Below, piece by piece: positions 42,107-52,371 of a stretch of DNA of 64,000 bases. The translations under genes and the position numbers were made by a program. Source of the stretch: a virus. Each line of letters begins with the position of its first letter. The first letter of the stretch is position 1. Where the stretch lies: the IMG/VR virus record IMGVR_UViG_3300023074_000001, positions 1-64,000 of that record. One strand, written 5' to 3'. The notes under the pieces were generated by a model, which worked only from the letters and a program-made list of their open reading frames with translations, was not told the origin of the DNA and searched no databases.

Positions 42107-42901
42107 ATGACTGAAAAAGACACTAGATTTAAGGTTTCTTGGAGTAGTTTACAAAGACATGAGTATTGTAAGGCTAAGCATTTTCTTGTATTGGAGGGTC
42201 ATACGGTTCCTGGTAAGGACGCAAGAAACTTCCTTGCCGGTAATGTTATTGACTCTGTGCAAAAAGCTTGGCTTGACAATCCTGTAGGTAGTATGGATGC
42301 TATGGTTGATGATCATATGGAAATGGCTATTGCCGAATCTGAAATCAAGGGTAGCATCAAGTGGCGCAATAAGAATGATAAAAAGAATATCAATACTTCC
42401 TGTCATACGGCTGCTGTACAACTTCAACCTATTTTGGAAGCTAGAGTATTGCCTTATGATTATGAGCCTGCTAAGAGGTTCTATACTCCCGTCAAGATTC
42501 GTAAGCCTGATGGTGAAGTATTAGAGATTATTCTTCGAGGTGAGTTCGACTTATTGGTAAAGGATAATTTTGGCAAATTCATAGTATGGGATTTGAAGAC
42601 TACAGCAGACAATGACTATTGGAAAAAAACATTAGGACAACTGGTGTTTTATGATTTAGCCATCTACAGTATGTTTGGTGAGCCTCCTGTAAAGACAGGA
42701 TTTATTCAGCCGCTCTGTGATGAACAAGTCAAGGAGTTCTATTTCGATGACTCTCATAGAGCTGAAATGTGGGGGAGAATTAATTCTATGATGCAGGCTT
42801 TGTGGGTAGAGGATTACAGCCCAAAAGTTGATAACACAGGCTGCTCATTCTGTGAGGTTGCCCACTCCTGCCCTAAGTTCAAGAGGAAGTTATTTAGTTG
42901 A
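42107..42901 (+). CDS. PD-(D/E)XK Cas4/RecB-like exonuclease
   Basis: SWSSL..YC, GEFDLL, DLKT, QLVFY, C..C.....CP. Confidence 0.85.
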   Translation: MTEKDTRFKVSWSSLQRHEYCKAKHFLVLEGHTVPGKDARNFLAGNVIDSVQKAWLDNPVGSMDAMVDDHMEMAIAESEIKGSIKWRNKNDKKNINTSCHTAAVQLQPILEARVLPYDYEPAKRFYTPVKIRKPDGEVLEIILRGEFDLLVKDNFGKFIVWDLKTTADNDYWKKTLGQLVFYDLAIYSMFGEPPVKTGFIQPLCDEQVKEFYFDDSHRAEMWGRINSMMQALWVEDYSPKVDNTGCSFCEVAHSCPKFKRKLFS

Positions 42902-43073
42902 GCAAGCCTGGATACTATGATAAAACTCGTATGTTGGAATTCATGCAAAAAGAAGTAAATTGTTTAAGCTCTAGACTAATAGAATTGCCTCAGTCTACAG
43001 AAAGATTAGCGCTGCAATATTGTGTAGGTGCATTGCAGACAAGCATGTACAGAATTCAACATGGAAGTGATGA

Positions 43074-43322
43074 ATGAGCAATACAGACGCTATTATCGAT
43101 AATCTTAAGGCTCGCAGAAATGCAGCTCAACTAGCTAGGGTACGAGCTGAGACATTAAAAGAAACAGCTCAGGCATCGTACGATGCTGCTATAGCTAGTT
43201 TAAAGTCTGAGTTTGCTGTTGACACCATCGAGGATGCTCGTGCTAGACTTAGTGATCTACAACGTCAATTCGAATCTCAGCTGGAAGACATTACAGCAAA
43301 ATTAGATGCAATGGGGTGTTAA
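43074..43322 (+). CDS. small coiled-coil protein
   Basis: Heptad-rich 82 aa ORF. Confidence 0.6.
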   Translation: MSNTDAIIDNLKARRNAAQLARVRAETLKETAQASYDAAIASLKSEFAVDTIEDARARLSDLQRQFESQLEDITAKLDAMGC

Positions 43323-44574
43323 AGTGGATCAGACAGGCGGAGTTGCAGAGCTAGATATTCTTAGTTGGCTTGACAGTGAAGAATCCGTTAAGCCCAAAAT
43401 AGCAGTTAGATCTTCAGCTCATGCTAAAAGTCTCACTACGGATAACACTGTTAAAATGGGTTTTGAGGTACAGCGAGAGGTATTGCTGAGTTTACTGAAC
43501 AAGGCTATTTCTGCTGTACCTAGTAATACTATGATTCCTGTGCTCAATAACTTCAAGTGCGCAGTAGGCAACGATAAGTTAGTTGTTGTTGGTAGCTCGA
43601 AGAGTATGTCTATTGCAGTAACTACGGATCAGGTTAGTATTAGTACTGAAGGCACACAGGTATTTCCTGCGAAAACATTCCTGAATATTGTTAAAGAATG
43701 TAATCCAGGGTCTACGGTATTTATAGAAGTTACTGATGTTGGTGCAGTCATCGTAGCTGGAAGCTTTAGTGTAGAAATAGCTTTAGCTAAAGCTGATGGA
43801 TACCCCGCACTTGAAGATGTTTCTGCATTAGAGTTTCACCAGGTCAACAGATTGCAATTTATAGATGCTATAAACATTGTGAAATATGCTCTACCTAGTA
43901 GAGAGTTTTCTGGTCAGAGTTCTATGAAGATGATCAACATCAAGGGTGGTAAGTTCACCGCCTGCGACGGATCACGATTTCAGCAGAGTAGGATTCATGG
44001 GTTCAAGTTGCACATGCAGCTACCAGCTGATAGTATCAGCATACTGAACAAGCTGCTAGGTGGCTCTGACCTGGAGAACCTGGAAATTGGTGAGGTTACT
44101 AAGAAATTAATCTTCAAACTCGGCACTACAGTATTCTATGTCAATAAGCTTGATGATCCATATCCTAATGTTGAACAGCTCTGGCTTAGACCTGCTCTCA
44201 CTAACGATCAGGAATTGCTTGTGGATCGTCAGGAATTGATTACAGCAATCAAGCAGGTAAGAACTACAGCTGATACTAATTCTTCTGCATTAGGTCTTCA
44301 AGTAGAGGCCGAATCTATGAGAATAGTAACTAAGGATACTAATAACTCAGCTTCTGCTACTATAGCCTGTAAATGGTCGGGTAAATCTAGAAACATTGTT
44401 GTCAATTACCTGCATCTTGCAGAAATGTTAAAGGCTTATCCCTCAACTGAGTGTAGATTTATGTTAGGTGAGGATACACAGAAGCATAAGTCACCTATTC
44501 TACTGCGAGATGATGATACGATGGCGATTGCAACAATCAGTCAGCTACTTGCGTACCAGCCAGGTTTGCTGTAG
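43306..44574 (+). CDS. dnaN: DNA polymerase III beta-type sliding clamp
   Basis: IPVLNNF, ADGYP, TACDGSRF, DDPYPNV, VNYLHL; three-domain size. Confidence 0.88.
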   Translation: MQWGVKVDQTGGVAELDILSWLDSEESVKPKIAVRSSAHAKSLTTDNTVKMGFEVQREVLLSLLNKAISAVPSNTMIPVLNNFKCAVGNDKLVVVGSSKSMSIAVTTDQVSISTEGTQVFPAKTFLNIVKECNPGSTVFIEVTDVGAVIVAGSFSVEIALAKADGYPALEDVSALEFHQVNRLQFIDAINIVKYALPSREFSGQSSMKMINIKGGKFTACDGSRFQQSRIHGFKLHMQLPADSISILNKLLGGSDLENLEIGEVTKKLIFKLGTTVFYVNKLDDPYPNVEQLWLRPALTNDQELLVDRQELITAIKQVRTTADTNSSALGLQVEAESMRIVTKDTNNSASATIACKWSGKSRNIVVNYLHLAEMLKAYPSTECRFMLGEDTQKHKSPILLRDDDTMAIATISQLLAYQPGLL

Positions 44575-44621
44575 GGTAGTGCTCATGACGGCACAAAGTC
44601 GTCTTAACGAAAGGGTTTTCT

Positions 44622-44861
44622 ATGAAGTCTGCTAAGTTTGTTGCGGTAGCAGTTGCTGCTGTGTTAAGTTTTGGTAGTATGGTCGCCTGTGGTTCTGGAA
44701 ATTCAGAGCCTGTTGACGCCAATATTGATACTGGTGTAGTGATTGACAAGTCCAGTAAGCGTGTTACTATTCTTGAAGACGACGGCGAGCGAGACACCCA
44801 CAAGTTCCGAAACTCTAAGAAGTGTCTTGTTGGTCAGCGTTGGCCTGATTGCAAGAAGTAA
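44622..44861 (+). CDS. small lipoprotein
   Basis: Signal peptide with MVAC lipobox. Confidence 0.6.
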   Translation: MKSAKFVAVAVAAVLSFGSMVACGSGNSEPVDANIDTGVVIDKSSKRVTILEDDGERDTHKFRNSKKCLVGQRWPDCKK

Positions 44862-45202
44862 TGGCTAAGTCAAAGGAAACAGACAATATCTCTGATGGTT
44901 ATCATACTTTCGGAGAATTATACGATCATCGTCGTGCATTGACACGAGCCTTGATGTTGTCAAATACTAAAATTTCTTGGCGTTCAAGGCACCACCACCC
45001 AGATGATGCGCCTATGTTTGAGGGTGGGTATTTTATCGTAGGAATGCAGTTGCCTACGGGACAAATCAGTTACCACTACAAGCTTACTCACTGGAATGAT
45101 TTTGACGGAGTACACACCATCGAGCACGCCCCTAAGTACGATGGACACACTCCACGAGAAACAGTGACCAGACTACTTGACTGGGTAATCAGAAAGATGT
45201 AG
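44861..45202 (+). CDS. conserved phage protein (SDGYHTF / YDGH motif)
   Basis: SDGYHTFGELYDHR, GQISYH, YDGHT. Confidence 0.65.
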   Translation: MAKSKETDNISDGYHTFGELYDHRRALTRALMLSNTKISWRSRHHHPDDAPMFEGGYFIVGMQLPTGQISYHYKLTHWNDFDGVHTIEHAPKYDGHTPRETVTRLLDWVIRKM

Positions 45203-45235
45203 ACTAGTACTACAGCCAGGGAAACTTGGCTTCAT

Positions 45236-45319
45236 GTGTTAGAGGCAACTGTTGGTTGGTTGCAACGGTCTGTAAAATCGTTCCGCGAGGCGTCGGGGGT
45301 TCAATTCCCTCCTAACACA
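45236..45319 (+). tRNA. tRNA-Tyr(GTA)
   Basis: ACGGT-CTGTAAA-ATCGT; long variable arm. Confidence 0.9.
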
Positions 45320-46132
45320 CATACATTAACTTAATACAAAGGTAGAGTCACTTATAGGGCAGGCTGTTGAGAGAAGCCGGTAATTCCGTAGAGATCCCAG
45401 GAGGGTGTAAGACCTTCGCTCTAACCTATTCAAATATTAAGGATTAAACAAGTGGCAAAAGTTGGAGATAACATGTCCGCAGCTGAGCGTAAAGCTGCAC
45501 AGGAAAAGGCTAAACCATTACGCAAAGTATCAAAACCTAAAGTAATATATCCAGATAGAGTAGCTAACGCTCAATCTAGAGAAAAGAAGTAAGTCAAGGC
45601 ACATGGAAACATGTGCCTTTTTCATTTCAGGAGAGTTATCTTGACTAAGAAGGACCCTAACGCAAGTCGCGGTGAAAGGCGTCACTGCCAAAGCCCAACT
45701 TGTGGAAATGTATTTATCGCTAACAACAGCGGGCAGATTTATTGTTCGATCAAGTGTCAACGTGCGGCAGCATATCGAAAAAGGAAGTAACCCTTATGTT
45801 TTTCTGTGATTTTTGTGCCAATAAAAGAAATTGGCCTGAGAGTATGTCTAAGTCTTATGGAGTTTGTGAAATTTGTGATATAACTGCTAGGTGTAATGAC
45901 GTACCCTCATCAGCTTTACCTATGCCTGCTAAGGTTATTGAACCCGAATATGTAGGAAGGCATCGTAAGATAGAAGATATAGCAGCAGATGTCGTTAAGT
46001 CTCGCAAGGATATGCTTGAAAAACTAAAAGACTAATTATGAAAAAGCAGCTGCGCGAACTTCCTTGACACAGCCCCCGGCAGCATGATAGGGTAGCTGTA
46101 ATAAACAAACACAGAGAGGACGATCGGTACAG

Positions 46133-46585
46133 ATGAACCGACGCATGTATTCGCGCCGTGTTGCACTGACTGGTACATTTCTATTGCTTGCTGCTGGTGG
46201 CATGGCTGCCTGTGATAGCGCAGACGATGACCCGAATGAGGATGGTCACTTTTACTGCTCTGATAGTAACGGTACGGTAATTGATGAAAGCTACTGCGAT
46301 GATTCAGATGGAGGTGGGGGTGGCTATTTCTTCGCTTACATGGGAAGCTCTGTCCACGGTAACACCACTTATCCTGTAGGCTCAAGGCTTCCTGCTGGAC
46401 ATCAGAAGTTCTCCGTCAAGGACACAGCAGCTAGGTCAAGGTTCGGTCTTCCTGCTTCTGGTAGAATCAGCAACGGTACAGTAAAGACTGGTGTTATCGG
46501 CAAGGGTGGACCTGGTTCTACTGCTAAGGTAGGATCTGGAGCTAAGGGTGGAGGTGGCACCGGTGGTAAGTCTGGTGGTGGCTGA
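46133..46585 (+). CDS. Gly-rich lipoprotein
   Basis: RR-containing signal peptide, MAAC lipobox, paired Cys, Gly-rich tail. Confidence 0.65.
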   Translation: MNRRMYSRRVALTGTFLLLAAGGMAACDSADDDPNEDGHFYCSDSNGTVIDESYCDDSDGGGGGYFFAYMGSSVHGNTTYPVGSRLPAGHQKFSVKDTAARSRFGLPASGRISNGTVKTGVIGKGGPGSTAKVGSGAKGGGGTGGKSGGG

Positions 46586-46619
46586 GTAAATATGTTAGGG
46601 TGTGCTTGTCACACCACTT

Positions 46620-46695
46620 GCTCCGTAGGCTTGGCTGGTGGCTGGAGGCACGCTTATAACGTGCTTAAAGGTGGGTTCGATTCCCACACGGAGTA
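46620..46695 (+). tRNA. tRNA-Ile(TAT)
   Basis: GCTCCGT/ACGGAGT-A; GCACG-CTTATAA-CGTGC; T arm GTGGG-TTCGATT-CCCAC; weak D arm. Confidence 0.8.
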
Positions 46696-47206
46696 CGTGA
46701 ATAAAAATCATGATGTTGAAGACCTGTTTAACGCATTTGTTGGATACATTTTTCTTGTAGGAATAATTTTTGGCATTGTAGTTCTGGCAGTACTCGTACT
46801 AATTATCTGGCTACTCTTCACCCTCGTTTAAAGGATCATTATGGACAAGGTATTTACCTGGATTTTTAACAACTTCGGTAAGCTTTGGATCGGTGCAGCA
46901 GTACTTGGTCTTGGCATTACTGGAGTAGTTGTTTGGGGATTCATTATGCTCGTTCTGCATTTCACCTGAGGAGTTTATTTTGCCAGAAAAGAAAGACCGC
47001 ATTCGTACCAAGAGCGATGAGCTAGGCGTTCAGGTTAAAGGCGCAACCACTAGAAAATTGATCAAGAATCAAAAAGCTGGTACCGCTGATTTTCGAGATG
47101 ACCCTGATCGAGATGGCGGAAATACTCGTACTAGTAGAGGCTGACAATAGCTTTTACCTGGAGAAACTGATATAATTATTTAATGGCCTGCTCACGCAGG
47201 TATCTC

Positions 47207-47296
47207 GGAGAGCACCGCATGAGGTCATGCGACTAGTCTTGAAAACTAGGGTATCGGGTTAGTAGCCGGATAGGGGATCGTTACCTCTGCTCTCCT
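47207..47296 (+). tRNA. tRNA-Ser(TGA)
   Basis: CTAGT-CTTGAAA-ACTAG; long variable arm; variant T loop. Confidence 0.85.
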
Positions 47297-47582
47297 CATG
47301 TCACTAACATTCTTTTCTGTTGAAATCGATCCTGAGCACGAAAATGGCCCTGGCTTACAGATGTGTCAGGCATACGATCATGCTACGGTATTAGCTAGCA
47401 ATGAAGACGTCAACTGTGCTCTCCCTCCAGTAGAGGTTTTGCAAATGCGTATTGGAGAAGATATTACCCTGGCGCAGGCGTTGTGTATCGTGCATCTCAA
47501 TGCATTTAAACTTGGTCTTCGTGACGGTCAAGTACTTTATGATGCAGACTCACTCCAATAATTTATTCTAGGAGATTTCACT

Positions 47583-48395
47583 ATGGTACTTATCATTGGC
47601 TCTACAGCCATGAATTATTGGTTCTCTGATGCTCGGGAGCCTAAGGACTACGATTACTTTGCTGATCCTGAGGGGCATGTATCACCTTGGATCAAGAATA
47701 ACTCACAGGCTGATCCTTTCTGGGACAATAGCTGGAGGGGTACGCGACTAGACGAACCATTTATGAATAGAATGGCTACTCCGGATGAACTTTATACCAT
47801 CAAGATGTCTCATTCTTATTGGGAATTAAAAAACGGTTCCTGGAGTAAGCATATGGCTGACATCGTTTTTTTGAAGCGTCATGGTGCTAAGCTCGATATG
47901 GCACTACATAATATTTTGTATCCTGTATGGGTCAAGACGCATGGCGCTAAGAAAATGAATTTAGCTCAGGCAGCTGGTAACTTCTTTGATGATGCGGTAG
48001 TCCGTATCTACGATCACGACTCTATTCATGAGAGTTGCGCATTCGGCGATAAGCCTTTGTATGAGGCTATTCTTAAGGATGGTGAGACTGTAGATATCGA
48101 TCCTACTAAGCTGTGGAATATGCCATTTGATACTCAGGTCAAGCTGTTCCGTGAGGAGATTGCGGCTACGGCTCTTGAGCGCTGGATGATTCCCTCAAAA
48201 TACCGAGTCAGCCCTGGTCTGGCTTATACTCTGGCACTTCGTAAGACGATTGTTAGCCTTACTAAGGGCCGGTCTGCTCGCTTTATTGTAGATAATTTTG
48301 AGCATTTCATGAAGCCGCATGACTACATGAGCATTCATCGTGAAAAAATTGATAAGCTGAAGCCTCTGGACAAGACCAAGAAGGGTATGATGTAA
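47583..48395 (+). CDS. putative Pol-beta-type nucleotidyltransferase-fold phage protein
   Basis: N-terminal IIGS...KDYDY motif; YDHDSIHE. Confidence 0.5.
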   Translation: MVLIIGSTAMNYWFSDAREPKDYDYFADPEGHVSPWIKNNSQADPFWDNSWRGTRLDEPFMNRMATPDELYTIKMSHSYWELKNGSWSKHMADIVFLKRHGAKLDMALHNILYPVWVKTHGAKKMNLAQAAGNFFDDAVVRIYDHDSIHESCAFGDKPLYEAILKDGETVDIDPTKLWNMPFDTQVKLFREEIAATALERWMIPSKYRVSPGLAYTLALRKTIVSLTKGRSARFIVDNFEHFMKPHDYMSIHREKIDKLKPLDKTKKGMM

Positions 48396-48519
48396 TGCAT
48401 TACGCTGATACTCCAACACGGGCAGCCTGTGGAGCAAAGCTTTCACTAGGTAAGTCCACTACTAATATGAGTAAGGTTACTTGTACCGGCTGTAAAAGTG
48501 TTATTAACAAGGGCTGGAA

Positions 48520-50187
48520 TTGATGGAAGTAGTTCATTTTAGTATTACGGGGAAACCAAATACTTTATGCTATCGCCCTAAAGATTGGCTACTCCTAACC
48601 ATCAACGAAAAAATAGTGACCTGTGACTCCTGTATTAGGCATTTAAATGCAGACGCGAAGAAAGAAGAGACTATGAGTGAATGTAAGTTATGCGGAACAC
48701 AACTACCTGCTAGCCATCCTGCTGTGATTCTGGCAGAGTTGGAGACTTGGGTAAAGTCGAAAGGCGGGTGGGATATCTTTGAAAGTGAAGATACTCGATA
48801 CGGATTGTACCCTGTAGGTAAGGAGTTTTCTGTCGGTAATAGGTTTGCTTCTGTAGCTGATAAGAAGATGACTCCAGGGTATCCTCCTAACGGCTACGAT
48901 GGTGCATACGAGCAGGGTACTGAGTTTGAAGTATATGTAATTATTAAGGTAGGAGAACAGTATTTCAAGAAGTCAGGTAGTGCTGATTCCTACGGAGAGG
49001 TTTCCTGGGATGGCGATCTGAAGACTGTTCAGCCTAGAGAGAAGACGGTAACCTATTATGAATGACGTAACAGTAGCTGAATTACAGGAGTGGTTCCGCA
49101 ATCACGAGGACGTAAATTATTTGTATGAGCTTGAGTTAGAGTATTCTAGCGTCGGTGATACTATCGAGCTAAGTTCTCTACCTGAAGGGTATTCCATTAC
49201 AGTCAAGGATCTTAAGCTTGAGCGAGAGTATTCTTCCTATGGATACCAAAATCTTCATGATGGCTATATTATTCTGACAGTAAAGGACTCTGAAAGTAAG
49301 GAAAAAGACTTCAAGATTCCGGTTACTTATGCATCCTTCGAGGGCTGGGGCTATGAAATTGACAACATCGTTCCTGCGGTACGTAGAGAGCAGACCATTA
49401 CTACCTATGAGTGGGTATAAATGTACAGCACTAGTGAGGTAGAAACAGCATTATTGAGATTTGCTGAAGACAATCTAGACGAGGGCTCTAGTTACGGAGC
49501 CTTCCTTAATTCTTACAGCGACCTGCGTGGAACAGTGCATGAGATCCCAGAATTAGGCCCTGTTACTATTGTTGATTACCATGAATACGATAGTGATAAG
49601 AACTACGATGGTTGGTCAGAGAAGCTGTATATTATCTTCGACTTATGTGGTATTCTTTATCGCGCTACAGGTACCTATACATCTTATGTAGGTTCTGAGT
49701 GGAATGATACTCTAACTATTGTTGAGCCTAGAAACAAAACTGTTATCGAATATGTGGAGGCTGCATGAACCAGACCCTAACTGATATGAGTATCACCGAA
49801 GCCGCATCTAAGGCTCTTGAGATTCTATTAGTGAGTTGTTATACGGGATACTATAACGCAGAAGCAGAAGAATATCTAAAAGCCGAATTAGAAATCGATC
49901 AGTTTTCTGATCTAGATAATACAATTCGAGCTTGGTCGCAAGTTAAGGGCGAGCTGTACGGAGATAAAAAGAAAGCTACCTTAGATAACTTTACAGCTGA
50001 GTTGGTAGCGGAGTATGGTGGAGAGGGTCAGGGTGACCAGTATTGGGTAGTAATTTCTCTTTCTGATGGAAAGACTACTCGCTACTTCCGTAAGGATGGC
50101 TGGTACGCATCTTATTCTGGCGGCGAACTTGACGGAGACACCTATGAAGTTACACCTCAAGAAAGAATGGTTGTGTTCTACGAATGA
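48520..50187 (+). CDS. four tandem paralogous acidic proteins (48520-49065, 49058-49420, 49421-49768, 49765-50187)
   Basis: Shared G-x-Y-x-SY-x-G and V-x-P-x-E/K-x-x-V-x-x-Y C-terminal motifs. Confidence 0.7.
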
Positions 50188-50545
50188 GTTATGTCAATGA
50201 ATGGATCTGCAAAGCTAAGGGTTGCGGAGCTAAGAATAGTAAGTTTCTCACACACTGTACCCAATGCGGTAAAAAGAAGTAATCATGGCTGATAAGAAGA
50301 ACAACAAGTTCTCTATTATCTGTCGCGGCTGTGGTCACGGACAGAAGTAAGGCATACAGCAGTTTGTGAAAATAAGCTGCTTCTGGAAGGTAAATTGCTG
50401 AGGTCAGCAACCCTATTTGCTAAATAGGTGGTAGGTAAAACTATGGATTTCGAATATCCTGCCTTCCTCATTGAAGGAAGTTGATTTTTTAGGGAGAAGT
50501 CTTAGTGCTATTTTTTTATTTTATTATTAAAAGGAGAATAATGTT

Positions 50546-51022
50546 ATGAGGAAATTAGCTTTACTTGCTGTACCGTTTATTTTATTAGTAGGCTGCAATA
50601 AACCTACTGATTTACCACCTACACCTCCTACCATGCCAGCTCCGTCTGTTGTTGTTTCAACAAAGACGCTAGAGCCTCCTAATGTGCCTGCTGTGACTAT
50701 TACAGCAACCCCGAAGCCTGCCGAAAAGGAGTCACCGAGAGTACCTACAGCATCACCATCTGAGCCTGCTACGGTAGGTGTGCAGTTTGCTCAAAGATGG
50801 GGTTTGCGTTACCCTAACGTTCCTGAGTATGCAATCTTAAAGGCTGCTAATGCGACATGTAAGATTATCGAGAAGAATGAGCTTTCCTGGAATATCGAGC
50901 CTGGCATTCTTAAAAGCATTGAAGATGTTGTTAACATAGCTGGACTACCAGATAACGATGCACTAGAGTTTGCTCAAGATGCTAATCAGAACTACTGTGC
51001 GAGTGTGTCAAACCCCACTTGA
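50546..51022 (+). CDS. Pro-rich lipoprotein
   Basis: LVGC lipobox, Pro/Thr linker, C-terminal domain with two Cys. Confidence 0.65.
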   Translation: MRKLALLAVPFILLVGCNKPTDLPPTPPTMPAPSVVVSTKTLEPPNVPAVTITATPKPAEKESPRVPTASPSEPATVGVQFAQRWGLRYPNVPEYAILKAANATCKIIEKNELSWNIEPGILKSIEDVVNIAGLPDNDALEFAQDANQNYCASVSNPT

Positions 51023-51554
51023 CCTGCACAAACTCTCATGTTACACTAAGGCTGCTGGAGAAAACTCTCTGGCAGCTTTTTTATTTTATCAGAAAGGTCG
51101 AACGTTATGACGTTGCTATGGATTATTGTCCTTAGCTTGTTGGCGTATCTGATTACTGGGATTCCTGTAGGCATCTATTCCCGTAATAGATCTGTCAATA
51201 AGTCTTTTAATGAGCATTACGACGACAACAAGCGTCTATACTCCAGGGAAAGTGAGGAGGATCAGATTCTACGAGCCATGAGAGACTCTGAAAGATTTAA
51301 TGAAGAAGAGAAATTGTTCGCAGGAGTCTGCGGAACTATATTCTGGCCTTTATTCCTTGTGGGGTTTGCCTGGCACTATCTCTTCAAGGCTGTAGCAAAA
51401 AGGATTGCGCCTATTCTGCCAAAAGCAGAATCTGAAAAGAAAGTAGACCTCATTCTTCAGCGCAAGAGGCTAAGGGAAGAATCTGACAGAATCATCAAGA
51501 TTGCTCGACAGCTTGGCTTCAGTACAGAAGAACTTAAAGAAATGGAATCAATAG

Positions 51555-52202
51555 TTGAAAACAATAGATGAGCTGATTCAAGAGACACGACGTATTCGTA
51601 AGCGTGTAGATAGAAGAGTAGCTGAAGCTAGACTTATTGCCGGTAGCGGTAAAAAACTACAAGAAGAAATCAAATTAGCAGCTGCGGACGTAGAACTCTA
51701 CAATCAAGTAGCTATCACTTTAGCATCGATCGGAGAGACAAAGCAAGCTGCTGCACAAGAGACAATCGAACAATTGGTAACACGAGGATTGAATAGTATT
51801 TTCGGTGAGGATTTATCTTTTCATCTGGTGCAGACTCAGAGGGGCAAGACGCCCGAAGTTAAATTCCTCGTAAAATCTAGGGGCCTTAACGGGGCATCTG
51901 TGGAGACTGCTGTGATGGACGCCAGAGGCGGTGGTATGGCTGCTGTGGTAGGGTTCCTGCTGAGGCTGGTGGTCCTATTGCTGGATAAGAAGAAAACTGA
52001 TCCTGTCCTGATCCTGGATGAGAGTTTCAGTCACGTCTCGGCAGAGTATGAGCGCCCGCTAGCTGAGTTTATCAAAGAATTGATCGACAAGACTAAGGTT
52101 CAGATTATCCTGGTAACGCATTCTGATGCCTTCAGTGAGTTTGCTGATAAGCGATACAAGTTTACTCTTGTACAAGGAGTTACTAAGGTAAAGGAATTAT
52201 GA
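51555..52202 (+). CDS. sbcC: SbcC/Rad50 ATPase, C-terminal half
   Basis: Coiled coil, signature-like ARGGG, Walker B LILDESFSHVS, H-loop LVTH. Confidence 0.85.
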   Translation: MKTIDELIQETRRIRKRVDRRVAEARLIAGSGKKLQEEIKLAAADVELYNQVAITLASIGETKQAAAQETIEQLVTRGLNSIFGEDLSFHLVQTQRGKTPEVKFLVKSRGLNGASVETAVMDARGGGMAAVVGFLLRLVVLLLDKKKTDPVLILDESFSHVSAEYERPLAEFIKELIDKTKVQIILVTHSDAFSEFADKRYKFTLVQGVTKVKEL

Positions 52203-52371
52203 TGGAGTTCTATATTAAGGTTAATGCAGACAAGAAACAGTTGCAGGAGTTGTTCGGCTCAGAGCTTTCTGAAGATGAACTTGTCAGCAAGGTTATCGAA
52301 CATCTCTACAGCACAGAAATCAAGGATTACTTCGAGTACAACAATGCTCCTCTAGAGCTATCCTGAGGGAC

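Noticed and set aside
42107-42901. Cas4 as evidence of a CRISPR-Cas system
   Set aside because: Solo Cas4/RecB-like exonucleases are common phage recombination genes; no cas1/cas2 or array is present
19700-47300. tmRNA
   Set aside because: No Ala-type tRNA-like domain enclosing a tag reading frame could be identified by eye
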